A program made the position numbers and the translations under genes. Below the pieces are notes generated by a model. That model saw only the letters and a program-made list of their open reading frames with translations, was not told the DNA's origin and ran no database searches. This document shows positions 45,748-54,302 of a DNA stretch of 64,000 bases, piece after piece. Location of the stretch: IMG/VR virus record IMGVR_UViG_3300017917_001123, positions 267,571 through 331,570 of that record; one strand, written 5' to 3'. This stretch comes from a virus. Numbering within the stretch: position 1 is the first letter of the stretch; every line of letters starts with the position of its first letter.

Positions 45748-48102
45748 ATGATCACAGTTGTTAAACGCAGTGGAGAAAAAGTACCACTAGACATTAGCAA
45801 AATACAGAGACAGGTAGCATACGGGTGTAAGGGGATAGATGGAGTTAGTCCATCGATGATTGAGATCAAAGCCCAGATCGAATTACACGACGGAATGTCA
45901 ACAGAGACCATCGACGAGCTGTTGTTAAAGGCCATGGTTAACCTGATTGACGAAACAGAAAATCCAGAAATCAATCACACAAATTATCAATATGTAGCAG
46001 GCCGTCAAAAGGTTAGTATGCTACGTAAAGAAGTCTATGGCAAATATACGCCACCACCTCTCTACGAGATTGTTAAAAGAAACGTAGAACTAGGAATGTA
46101 CACACCAGAACTATTAGACTGGTACACAAAAGAAGAATGGGATATTATTGATCTTTTCATTGATCATGCTAAAGATGAAAATTACACCTATGCGGCTATT
46201 GCTCAACTAGCAGAAAAATATCTAGTACAAAATAGGGCAACAGGCAAGATATACGAAACTCCACAGGTGCGTTATGCTGTAGCTGCCGCTACTGCTTTCC
46301 ATAACGAACCAAAAGATAAAAGATTAAAATATGTTAAAGAATATTACGAGTGTGCATCTGATGGTCACTTTACTTTGGCTACTCCTGTACTTGCTGGCCT
46401 CGGTACTCCTACCAAGCAGTTCAGTAGTTGTGTTCTTATTAGTTCTGACGATACACTTGACTCTATTTTTGCCGCAGGCGAAATGATGGCCAAGTATGCT
46501 AGCAAACGTGCTGGCATTGGCTTAGAGATTGGTCGTATTCGCCCACTAGGTGCTCCTATTCGTAACGGAGAGATCAAACATACCGGTCTAATTCCATTTA
46601 TGAAAAAATGGTTTGCTGACTTGCGTAGCTGTTCACAGGGCGGTATTCGTAACGCATCATGTACAGTTACATTTCCTATCTGGCACGCTCAGTTCGAAGA
46701 CCTAATCGTTCTAAAGAATAATCAGGGAACAGAAGAAACTCGTGTTCGTCAGATGGACTACTCAGTTGTAGTTAATGCCATGTTCTGGCGCCGTTATAAG
46801 AATGGCGAAAACATTACATTGTTTGACCCAAGTGAAGTACCGGACTTATACGAAGCATTTTACCGTAGCACAAGCGAGTTTGAGAAGTTATACTTACAGT
46901 ATGAACAAGACAAGACAAAGAAGAAAAAAGTCCTTACGGCCAACCAAGTGTTTAAGGACGGCATACTTAAAGAGCGTACGGATACTGGAAGAATCTACCT
47001 TGTCTTCATCGACAACGTCATCAACCAAGGCCCGTTCGATACAACTGTTGACCCGATATATCAATCAAATCTCTGCCAAGAAATTCTCTTGCCCACAAGA
47101 CCTTTTCAACGCATTGAAGACCCGACGGGGAGAATTGCTCTTTGCACTCTTGGCTCAATCAACTGGGGAAGTTTCAGAAACCCACAAGAGATGAGAAAGG
47201 CTTGCCGTGTACTTGTACGTAGTCTAAGTAACTTATTAAATTACCAAGACTTCTTAAGTATTCAGAGTAAGTTAGCCAACGAAGACTTTGAACCACTAGG
47301 TGTTGGAATTACCAATTTAGCATACTGGCATGCCAAGAGACATTTCAAATATGGTGAAGCAGAATCACTAGCAGAAGTTAAGCGTTGGATGGAACATCAG
47401 GCATATTTCTTAACAGAGATGTCAGTGGAACTTGCCCAAGAACGCGGCGCATGTAAGCGTAGCGAATTTACCTATTATGGCAAAGGTGTGTTTCCTTGGG
47501 AACGCCGTGCTAAGGGTGTAAATGAACTAACGGATTTTACCCCAAGCACAAACCTAGATTGGGAAGGACTACGTGCTAGATTAAAACAGTATGGTATCCG
47601 TAACGCTACACTAATGGCAGTTGCTCCTGTTGAGTCCAGTTCAGTTGTACTTAACAGTACTAACGGCATTGAAATGCCGATGGAAATGATTTCAGTAAAA
47701 GAATCTAAAGCAGGATCATTTGTACAGGTTGTACCAGAATACCGTCGTCTAAAGAATCGCTATCAGTTAATGTGGGATCAAACAAACTGCGAAGATTACT
47801 TAAAGACTGCCGCGGTATTAGCCGTATATATCGACCAAAGTTTATCTACCAATACATTCTATAATCCAGCACATTTCCCAGGCGGAAAGGTTCCGGGTAC
47901 TTTGGTTGCCAAGAACTTAATGTTGGCTTACAAATGGGGCCTAAAGACTATATACTATAGTTTAATTAATAAGGTAGGAGCAAAGGTTAGTGTTACGGGC
48001 ACTAATACACAAACTAACGGCGCCCACGATGTTCCTGCGTTAGCCGGTGAACCTATTACAGTATATGAAGATGACGCAGACTGCGAGGCATGTAAACTAT
48101 GA
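45748..48102 (+). CDS. nrdA: ribonucleoside-diphosphate reductase alpha subunit (class Ia)
   Basis: N-terminal ATP-cone ('VVKRSGEKVPLDISKIQ'), 784 aa. C-terminal 'CEAC' thiol pair. Overlaps nrdB by 4 nt. Confidence 0.9.
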   Translation: MITVVKRSGEKVPLDISKIQRQVAYGCKGIDGVSPSMIEIKAQIELHDGMSTETIDELLLKAMVNLIDETENPEINHTNYQYVAGRQKVSMLRKEVYGKYTPPPLYEIVKRNVELGMYTPELLDWYTKEEWDIIDLFIDHAKDENYTYAAIAQLAEKYLVQNRATGKIYETPQVRYAVAAATAFHNEPKDKRLKYVKEYYECASDGHFTLATPVLAGLGTPTKQFSSCVLISSDDTLDSIFAAGEMMAKYASKRAGIGLEIGRIRPLGAPIRNGEIKHTGLIPFMKKWFADLRSCSQGGIRNASCTVTFPIWHAQFEDLIVLKNNQGTEETRVRQMDYSVVVNAMFWRRYKNGENITLFDPSEVPDLYEAFYRSTSEFEKLYLQYEQDKTKKKKVLTANQVFKDGILKERTDTGRIYLVFIDNVINQGPFDTTVDPIYQSNLCQEILLPTRPFQRIEDPTGRIALCTLGSINWGSFRNPQEMRKACRVLVRSLSNLLNYQDFLSIQSKLANEDFEPLGVGITNLAYWHAKRHFKYGEAESLAEVKRWMEHQAYFLTEMSVELAQERGACKRSEFTYYGKGVFPWERRAKGVNELTDFTPSTNLDWEGLRARLKQYGIRNATLMAVAPVESSSVVLNSTNGIEMPMEMISVKESKAGSFVQVVPEYRRLKNRYQLMWDQTNCEDYLKTAAVLAVYIDQSLSTNTFYNPAHFPGGKVPGTLVAKNLMLAYKWGLKTIYYSLINKVGAKVSVTGTNTQTNGAHDVPALAGEPITVYEDDADCEACKL

Positions 48103-49199
48103 GTAAACAACAATACGATTTTTCTAAACCAACAAACTATCTAAAGCGCCATATGTTTCTGGATCCAGCAGGTCCTGTTACAGTCCAGCGTTTTGAAGAA
48201 GTTAAGTATCCTAAAGTCCAAAAGTACGAAGAATTAGCACGTGGCTTCTTTTGGGTTCCAGAAGAAATTAGTCTTACCAAAGATAAAATTGATCACAAGG
48301 AAGCCAGTGAAGCGGTAAAACATATCTTTACCAGCAACCTATTGCGTCAAACAGCCCTTGACTCAATTCAAGGCCGAGCACCGTTCCAGGTATTTGGTCC
48401 TGTGACAAGTATTCCAGAACTTGAAGCTCTAGCATTAACTTGGAGTTTCTTTGAAACATCGATTCACAGTAAGAGCTACAGTCATATCATTCGTAACGTC
48501 TACGGTGTACCAAAAGAAGAATTTAACAAGATTCATGACACACAAGAAATTGTGGGAATGGCAAGTCACGTTGGCAAGTATTACGAAGATTTACACATTC
48601 TAAACATTCGTAAAGAATTAGGCGAGACAATTCCTCTCAAGGAACATAAGAAGGCAATTTGGTTAGCCCTACATGCTTCTTATGCCCTAGAAGCTCTACG
48701 CTTCATGGTATCCTTTGCTACAAGCCTAGCAATGGTAGAAAATAAAATCTATATCGGTAATGGTAATATCATTAGTCTTATTCTTCAAGACGAATTATTA
48801 CACACCGAGTGGACAGCCTGGCTAATTAACAATGTAACTAAAGACGATCCTGACTTTGTACCAATTGCGGAAGAATGTAAGGATGAAGTCTACGCAATGT
48901 ATTTGGATGTTATCCGTGAAGAAAAAGAATGGGCAGATTACCTATTCAAGAAAGGCGTTGTTATTGGCCTTAACGCTAACATCTTAAAAGACTTTGTAGA
49001 CTACACAGCTTACACTCGTCTAAAAGAAGTCGGTATCAAGTATCTTGAGGATCATCCGAAGACTACACCTATTCCGTGGTTTAATAAGCACGTGAATATT
49101 AATAAAAAACAAACGGCATTACAGGAAAATGAAAGTACTAACTATGTTATCGGTGTTATGAGTGACGCAGTTAGTTACGAAGAACTTCCTGATCTATAA
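48099..49199 (+). CDS. nrdB: ribonucleoside-diphosphate reductase beta subunit
   Basis: Di-iron ligand motifs 'FFETSIHSKSY' and 'QDELLHTEW' (ExxH x2), and 'LHASYALEALRF'. Confidence 0.85.
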   Translation: MSKQQYDFSKPTNYLKRHMFLDPAGPVTVQRFEEVKYPKVQKYEELARGFFWVPEEISLTKDKIDHKEASEAVKHIFTSNLLRQTALDSIQGRAPFQVFGPVTSIPELEALALTWSFFETSIHSKSYSHIIRNVYGVPKEEFNKIHDTQEIVGMASHVGKYYEDLHILNIRKELGETIPLKEHKKAIWLALHASYALEALRFMVSFATSLAMVENKIYIGNGNIISLILQDELLHTEWTAWLINNVTKDDPDFVPIAEECKDEVYAMYLDVIREEKEWADYLFKKGVVIGLNANILKDFVDYTAYTRLKEVGIKYLEDHPKTTPIPWFNKHVNINKKQTALQENESTNYVIGVMSDAVSYEELPDL

Positions 49200-49217
49200 T
49201 AAAAAGAAGGTAGCGAA

Positions 49218-49439
49218 ATGAAAGCGATTGTATGGTCAAAGTATAACTGCCCCTATTGCGAGCAGGCAAAGTCCCTTTTAAAAATGAAGGGCATCGAATT
49301 CGAGGAGCGAAAAATCGGAGACGGCTACACTAAGGAGGACTTGTTGGAAGCAGTTCCAACAGCTCGAACCGTACCCCAAATCTTTTTAGATGAGGAGTTA
49401 GTAGGTGGCTTCGACGATCTTAAACGCAAACTCGGCTAA
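49218..49439 (+). CDS. glutaredoxin (NrdH/Grx-like redoxin)
   Basis: 73 aa with a 'CPYC' active site and a 'TVPQIF' cis-Pro loop. Confidence 0.8.
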   Translation: MKAIVWSKYNCPYCEQAKSLLKMKGIEFEERKIGDGYTKEDLLEAVPTARTVPQIFLDEELVGGFDDLKRKLG

Positions 49440-49818
49440 TGTAACTGCCGGCGGTCAAGGAGGTTCTAATTCAGGTGGAAATGTTTACATCTGGAATAAT
49501 ACAGGAACTTACTCTACTGGCAGTATAACAGTTCCGTCGTCATATTATGTGTCTGGCACAAATGGAGCGTCTTGGTCCACTATTACAACCAGCAACGCAC
49601 AGTCTCAACTGACTGTAACAGGCGATGCCGAAATTGAAGGATCACTTAAAGTGGGCGGCAAAGATATTGCTAAAAGTTTAGAAGCAATAGAAAAACGTCT
49701 TGCTATACTTGTTCCTGATCCAGAGAAGTTAGAACACTTCGAAGCTCTAAAAAAAGCCTATAACCATTACAAAATGTTAGAAGCACTTTGTGAATTACCA
49801 ACAGAAAAGAAAGAATAA
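49405..49818 (+). CDS. hypothetical protein (fibre-like Gly/Ser/Thr N-half, coiled-coil C-half)
   Basis: 137 aa, 35-nt overlap with the glutaredoxin gene. Confidence 0.35.
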   Translation: MASTILNANSANVTAGGQGGSNSGGNVYIWNNTGTYSTGSITVPSSYYVSGTNGASWSTITTSNAQSQLTVTGDAEIEGSLKVGGKDIAKSLEAIEKRLAILVPDPEKLEHFEALKKAYNHYKMLEALCELPTEKKE

Positions 49819-49820
49819 TT

Positions 49821-50522
49821 ATGGATGTTAAACTTGTTTCCTACAGTCAACCAACTGGAGAATTTAAAAACATGGGTCTCGAAGATGCGCAGGATCTCAT
49901 CGCGTATTGTGCCCGTGTGTCAAACCCAGCTAACCAATTCAACAACGAGACAGCAGAAAAGCTCATCAAGTATCTCGTTAAACACGCACACTGGAGCCCA
50001 CTCGAAATGGTGTCAGCCTGCTGTGAAATCACAACCACACGTGACATTGCCCGACAGATTCTACGTCACAGAAGTTTCAGCTTCCAAGAGTTCTCCCAGC
50101 GATATGCTGATCCTACAGCAGAGCTTGACGAAGCGTTTGTTATACGTGAGGCAAGACTCCAGGACACAAAGAATCGACAGAACAGCATAGAAATTCCTAT
50201 GAACAGTCCTGAGAATCGTATGTTAGCCTACGAATGGGAACGTGCTCAGAAACGTGTGCTACACGCAGTTAAAGATTCATATCGTTGGGCTATCGAAAAC
50301 GGTATTGCTAAAGAACAGGCTCGTGCCGTCCTTCCAGAGGGACTAACAATTAGTCGTATGTATATGAACGGAACACTTCGTAGTTGGATTCACTTTATTC
50401 AATTGCGTAGTGGCAACGGCACACAAAAAGAGCACATGGAAGTTGCTCGTGCTTGCGCCAAAGTAATCGCAGAAATCTTCCCAATGGCACAGGACTATGT
50501 CGAACCTAGCCAAGGGGCGTAA
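49821..50522 (+). CDS. thyX: flavin-dependent thymidylate synthase
   Basis: ThyX signature 'RHRSFSFQEFSQRY' (RHRx7S). Confidence 0.85.
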   Translation: MDVKLVSYSQPTGEFKNMGLEDAQDLIAYCARVSNPANQFNNETAEKLIKYLVKHAHWSPLEMVSACCEITTTRDIARQILRHRSFSFQEFSQRYADPTAELDEAFVIREARLQDTKNRQNSIEIPMNSPENRMLAYEWERAQKRVLHAVKDSYRWAIENGIAKEQARAVLPEGLTISRMYMNGTLRSWIHFIQLRSGNGTQKEHMEVARACAKVIAEIFPMAQDYVEPSQGA

Positions 50523-50964
50523 TAGCTACGATTCGACCTCCACTGGAGGTCTTATTGCGTTTTTTAATAAAAACGTAACTCCTTATGCGACTGAGGCAGG
50601 CGGACCTAAGTTTGACCTAGTTCCGGTTACAAAACAAAAAGACATAATGCTAAACAATGCTAGGCATTTTGCTAGGCAAGAATATAATCGCATTATGGAA
50701 CTAGTTGCTGTATTAGAAAAACAAGCACAGGATATTAAACGAAGGTTGGACATTACAGATGCTGTCCATGCCGCAGAGTATCAATTTCAACTATCAGTGG
50801 GTCATGCTTATTGGTTAGTTTGGGATAAACGTAAGGAAAAAACTTTGCTGGTTCATATGGGTCCGACTGAATGGACTACAGGTGTTCCGGTAGATTATGA
50901 TTATATAACACAAGTTCGGTTCCTTGGAGACCATACTTGGGAAGAAATTACAGAAGAGGAATAA
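50497..50964 (+). CDS. hypothetical protein
   Basis: 155-aa ORF. Confidence 0.4.
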   Translation: MSNLAKGRNSYDSTSTGGLIAFFNKNVTPYATEAGGPKFDLVPVTKQKDIMLNNARHFARQEYNRIMELVAVLEKQAQDIKRRLDITDAVHAAEYQFQLSVGHAYWLVWDKRKEKTLLVHMGPTEWTTGVPVDYDYITQVRFLGDHTWEEITEEE

Positions 50965-50965
50965 T

Positions 50966-51256
50966 ATGTTAATTAGTAAACCATACACAGTAGGTGATGT
51001 AGTAAGTATTAAGTTAGTCAATGGTGACGAGCTTATCGCAAAACTTGAAGCAGATGACACTGATACAATCACTGTTAGTCGTCCGCTAGCAATTACAATG
51101 AGTGCTCAAGGCATGGGTTTAATTCCTTGGGTATTTTTAGGCGAAGACGGCAAAATTACTTTGCGTAAAAAACATACATTCTTTGTTGTTACAAGTAAGA
51201 AAGAAGCCGCACAGCAATACATAGAAGGAACCACTGGTATTGCTCTAGTTAAATAA
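50966..51256 (+). CDS. hypothetical protein
   Basis: An in-frame ATG immediately after the upstream stop (TAATATG) is preferred over the longer 50924 start. Confidence 0.4.
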   Translation: MLISKPYTVGDVVSIKLVNGDELIAKLEADDTDTITVSRPLAITMSAQGMGLIPWVFLGEDGKITLRKKHTFFVVTSKKEAAQQYIEGTTGIALVK

Positions 51257-51260
51257 CAGT

Positions 51261-52301
51261 ATGGCACAACAGCATATATTGATCCCCGGAACGCTGACGT
51301 TCGATTTAACAGCCCCGTTTACACAACAGGGGATCTATAATGCTATCCGTACTGCCTATGCTCCTAGCCCTGAATATACAGTTGTCAGTGTAGCAGTTCC
51401 GTTTGTTTACATTAACTGCTTAGATGTTGGCGTTATTGACCCAGTAGGAATGTTCAAAGATGCGGCCCTTAAGTTATACAACTATCTGATGCAATACTAC
51501 ATACAACCAATATGGAATGCTCTGTATTCGTTGTACGAAGCATTAAAAGGATTCGGGCTAGCAATTTTAGATATAACTATTCCTATCCTCGGTTTAACTC
51601 TAGCAGATTTATTTGACCCTAACCTTTTTGAAAAGATTAAATTAAAAGTCTTAGAATGGTATTATTCAGCAAAAGACAAGCTGATTGAACTATTAAACTT
51701 TTTAGGAATCAAGTGGCCTATTACATTTAATGTTTCTTCTCCACAGTTTGAAATTGACTATATCATTAATGCTATTCTTAATAGCCTTTGGAGTTTTATC
51801 TTAAGATTAGTAAAGCAGGTAATCGCATTAATCAAACAAGGGTTAAGATTATGGGAACTAGCAACACAGCAAGGTAGAATTGTTTGGAGCCAAATCTGGG
51901 ATAATCTAGTAGACAGTATATTAGGGGCTATTCTAGGTTTCTTAACAAACGTACCCACCATTCAAGAAATCTGGGATGCTCTAGTTGCCTTTGCTAAAAG
52001 TGTGTACAATAAGGCTGTGGTTACTATTGAAGAAATTTTAGCAGTAATCAAGGATTTTAAATTCTTTGGGTTAAAACCATTTGACTGGGACCTTCCTTGG
52101 AATCTTAAGGTAAACTTTCCAGAAGTTGATCTAATGCGTATGCTAAACTCAATGCTAGTTTGGTTTAAAAATTTCTTATTTTCCATCATCAAACAATTTG
52201 TAGATGCCATAGCAGATATTCTAAACTATTTTGGAATTAATTTGGCAAACTTATTAACCATAAACATACCAATTACGTTCTGTGCGGTAAAAAACGAATA
52301 A
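51261..52301 (+). CDS. hypothetical protein (hydrophobic, Leu/Ile-rich)
   Basis: 346-aa ORF. Confidence 0.4.
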   Translation: MAQQHILIPGTLTFDLTAPFTQQGIYNAIRTAYAPSPEYTVVSVAVPFVYINCLDVGVIDPVGMFKDAALKLYNYLMQYYIQPIWNALYSLYEALKGFGLAILDITIPILGLTLADLFDPNLFEKIKLKVLEWYYSAKDKLIELLNFLGIKWPITFNVSSPQFEIDYIINAILNSLWSFILRLVKQVIALIKQGLRLWELATQQGRIVWSQIWDNLVDSILGAILGFLTNVPTIQEIWDALVAFAKSVYNKAVVTIEEILAVIKDFKFFGLKPFDWDLPWNLKVNFPEVDLMRMLNSMLVWFKNFLFSIIKQFVDAIADILNYFGINLANLLTINIPITFCAVKNE

Positions 52302-52363
52302 GTAATATTATCCGTTGAGCGTACTTGCGTAGCGAGTTTAGTAGTGGTTTGGCGAGGGCTTTC

Positions 52364-52392
52364 TTGACGGGCTCGTCAACTTGTTTTATAAT
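52364..52392 (+). promoter_or_regulatory. sigma70-type promoter TTGACG-17-TATAAT driving the tmRNA precursor
   Basis: -35 at 52364-52369, -10 at 52387-52392. Confidence 0.55.
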
Positions 52393-52469
52393 ATATAAAC
52401 TTTGAAAGGACTACATCATGGCATATAGAGCTAAAAATGGTAGCGTAAAGGCAGCGGCACGTAGAGCAT

Positions 52470-52557
52470 TACGTCGTCGACAGAAATAATTTTATTGCTG
52501 TATGAAGCAAACCCAAAAGGGTTCTGGACGCGGGTTCGACTCCCGCCAGGTCCACCA
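52470..52557 (+). ncRNA. ssrA: tmRNA acceptor piece (3' tRNA-like half, ends CCA) of a permuted two-piece ssrA; 5' boundary approximate
   Basis: T-arm 'GCGGG-TTCGACT-CCCGC' (52530-52546), 3' acceptor strand 'CAGGTCC' + A + CCA (52547-52557). No matching 5' acceptor strand upstream, so this is not a tRNA. Confidence 0.65.
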
Positions 52558-52645
52558 AAAGAGGATTGTATGAACGAAGAAGTAACTAAATGGATGCTGG
52601 GCGTGGGCCTAGTTCTTTTAATGTTCTTTTTAGTCCTTTTTTGAT

Positions 52646-52839
52646 GGGCCTGTACTGGATTTCGACAGGGTCAAGAGTAGGCGAGTGGACAGCACGGTAG
52701 GCGATGACCGTAAATCAAGCAAAACAAAATAGACGCAAACGATGAAGTTTACGCATTGGCGGCCTAATAACGGCTTCCTAGGGTAGGAAATACCTCGTAA
52801 CAGAAAATACCAAAAGGCTCTTCGGAGCCTTTTTCTTTG
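52646..52839 (+). ncRNA. ssrA: tmRNA coding piece (5' acceptor strand, tag reading frame ANDEVYALAA, terminator)
   Basis: 5' 'GGGCCTGTACTGGATTTCGACAGGG' matches the tmRNA 5' consensus (E. coli GGGGCUGAUUCUGGAUUCGACGGG). GGGCCUG pairs with CAGGUCC of the upstream piece. 'UAG-AC-GCA AAC GAU GAA GUU UAC GCA UUG GCG GCC UAA UAA' at 52730-52770 parallels the E. coli resume region and tag. Confidence 0.75.
52813..52839 (+). terminator. rho-independent terminator of the tmRNA transcript
   Basis: AGGCTC-ttcg-GAGCCT followed by TTTTTCTTT. Confidence 0.65.
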
Positions 52840-52853
52840 AGTCAAAAAATGTC

Positions 52854-52882
52854 TTGACTCTTCAGTGAAAACACTATATAAT
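52854..52882 (+). promoter_or_regulatory. sigma70-type promoter TTGACT-17-TATAAT with overlapping palindrome
   Basis: -35 at 52854-52859, -10 at 52877-52882. A 7-bp inverted repeat gagtcaa-N8-ttgactc (52839-52860) overlaps the -35. Confidence 0.5.
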
Positions 52883-52959
52883 ATTCTAAGCTGTGTTGTT
52901 TATCTAAGTGTTACACATAACGAAATGGCACACAGTTAATACATAAAGGAAATTTAAAA

Positions 52960-53424
52960 ATGAGAAAATTCGCAATCGCATCAATCTTGGCTTTGGCCGC
53001 AGTTTCAGCTTCGGCTGTAGAACTTGGCGTTACCGCAACACGTGGTGACACCACAGGTGATACTCGCAACTACGCAGGTGTTACCCTTGGTCAAAGTTTT
53101 GGCAAGCTAAATGCAACTGCTGGCTTTGAGCGTTCAACTGTTGGCGCACAGGGCAATCAGAACCGCTGGAGCTTGGTTGGTGGATACGACATTGCCAAGG
53201 TTGGTCCAGTTACTTTTACTCCTAAACTTGGTTATGCTTACTTAGACAATCAGACTCCGGGTGTTGCCAGCGGCAATGCTTATACAGTTGGTCTAGGCGC
53301 ATCATACGCTCTCACTAAGCAAGTTAGCCTTACCGCAGACTATGCTTATCAAAAGGCCTTTGAAACAAAGGTTGAGCAGTTTGATGGCAACCGAGTTACA
53401 TTGGGTGCTAAGTACCGCTTCTAA
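52960..53424 (+). CDS. small outer-membrane beta-barrel protein (OmpX/Ail/OmpA-like OMP)
   Basis: Signal peptide 'MRKFAIASILALAAVSASAVE', alternating amphipathic beta-strands, and a C-terminal aromatic 'YRF' terminal signature. Confidence 0.6.
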   Translation: MRKFAIASILALAAVSASAVELGVTATRGDTTGDTRNYAGVTLGQSFGKLNATAGFERSTVGAQGNQNRWSLVGGYDIAKVGPVTFTPKLGYAYLDNQTPGVASGNAYTVGLGASYALTKQVSLTADYAYQKAFETKVEQFDGNRVTLGAKYRF

Positions 53425-53442
53425 TTTTTAAATTAGATATCA

Positions 53443-53468
53443 AAGGGGGCTTAGGCCCCCTTTTTATT
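53443..53468 (+). terminator. rho-independent terminator
   Basis: AGGGGGC-ttag-GCCCCCT followed by TTTTTAT. Confidence 0.7.
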
Positions 53469-53479
53469 AGGAACAAGTT

Positions 53480-53725
53480 ATGGGCAATCAAACAGACTAC
53501 TTTAATAAAATTGGATACAAGCCTACCTACTTCATTGGGGATAGAGTTTTCGGCCACTGGAATAAAATTCCCTTTGTTGGAACTGTTGGCAACGATACAC
53601 TTATTAATCACGAAGAAGGACCTAGAATCAGCGTCCATGTAGATCTGCCAATTAAATACAAGGACACTATAAAGAGTGTTATAATTGTAAAACACAAAGA
53701 CATTAAACTATTAAAGGAGATTTAA
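53480..53725 (+). CDS. hypothetical protein
   Basis: 81-aa ORF. Confidence 0.4.
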   Translation: MGNQTDYFNKIGYKPTYFIGDRVFGHWNKIPFVGTVGNDTLINHEEGPRISVHVDLPIKYKDTIKSVIIVKHKDIKLLKEI

Positions 53726-53783
53726 AATGTCGTAGATTGAATATGCGTGTAAAGATATTGTTTTCCACTTTAACAAAAAGCAC

Positions 53784-54302
53784 TTGGAAGACCAGACCAT
53801 TCCCATGTGGGTCTTAAAATTTCATGGCGAAACCCTGTATGTAAATCACGTTGATTGTAGTGTTCCCTGGAGCACAAAAGAGACGCCCGATAACAGCCAT
53901 ACTAAAGGTAGCATCAAAGTTAAAGACGTATTGTTACGTGTTGACAACGAAAACTGTGCTACAATTTCCCAACTAACTCTAATTGACAAGTATAGACTTC
54001 GTAACCAGAAGCTAGGCATCACACGAATTATGTTTAGTCCTGGTACTGCTTTTCACAAGGCTTTACAGAATAACGAATTTAAACATAGTCCGTTTAAGAC
54101 TATTCGTGGCGCCTGTGCTAGTACGTTTATTATCTGTGATCTTTTAAACAAAGCAGATGTAACCATGGCAGGACTGAAGTACACAAGTCAGTTTAGAATT
54201 GTCAAACCAAACGAGGGCTACTTCCAACAGTACGACGAAATCAAAGGGGATAACATTCCTGTAGATTATGGACACCCAAGTACTCCTTACGAGTACAGCT
54301 AA
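53784..54302 (+). CDS. hypothetical protein (start uncertain: TTG at 53784 or ATG at 53805)
   Basis: 172-aa ORF. Confidence 0.4.
   Translation: MEDQTIPMWVLKFHGETLYVNHVDCSVPWSTKETPDNSHTKGSIKVKDVLLRVDNENCATISQLTLIDKYRLRNQKLGITRIMFSPGTAFHKALQNNEFKHSPFKTIRGACASTFIICDLLNKADVTMAGLKYTSQFRIVKPNEGYFQQYDEIKGDNIPVDYGHPSTPYEYS

Noticed and set aside
45672-45748. Possible T4 middle-promoter (MotA box-like TGCCTT) upstream of nrdA after a CCAAAGG/CCTTTGG hairpin
   Set aside because: Spacing between the MotA-box-like sequence and any TAnnnT -10 does not fit the 11-13 bp rule. Too speculative without a motA homologue in view.
49825-50190. 121-aa alternative-frame ORF overlapping thyX
   Set aside because: thyX carries the RHRx7S signature in the other frame. 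The overlapping frame has no motif and a Ser/Thr/Gln-biased mirror composition.
52525-52557. tRNA-like 3' half (T-arm + acceptor + CCA) initially read as a tRNA fragment/pseudogene
   Set aside because: No 5' acceptor strand or anticodon arm upstream. The 3' strand instead pairs with the tmRNA 5' end 90 nt downstream, so it is the acceptor piece of the two-piece tmRNA.
52418-52644. Two small ORFs in the tmRNA locus: MAYRAKNGSVKAAARRALRRRQK (52418-52486) and the hydrophobic MNEEVTKWMLGVGLVLLMFFLVLF (52570-52644)
   Set aside because: They lie in the leader and in the excised intervening segment of the tmRNA precursor. They are most likely non-coding. The ORF-like appearance is noted but not called.
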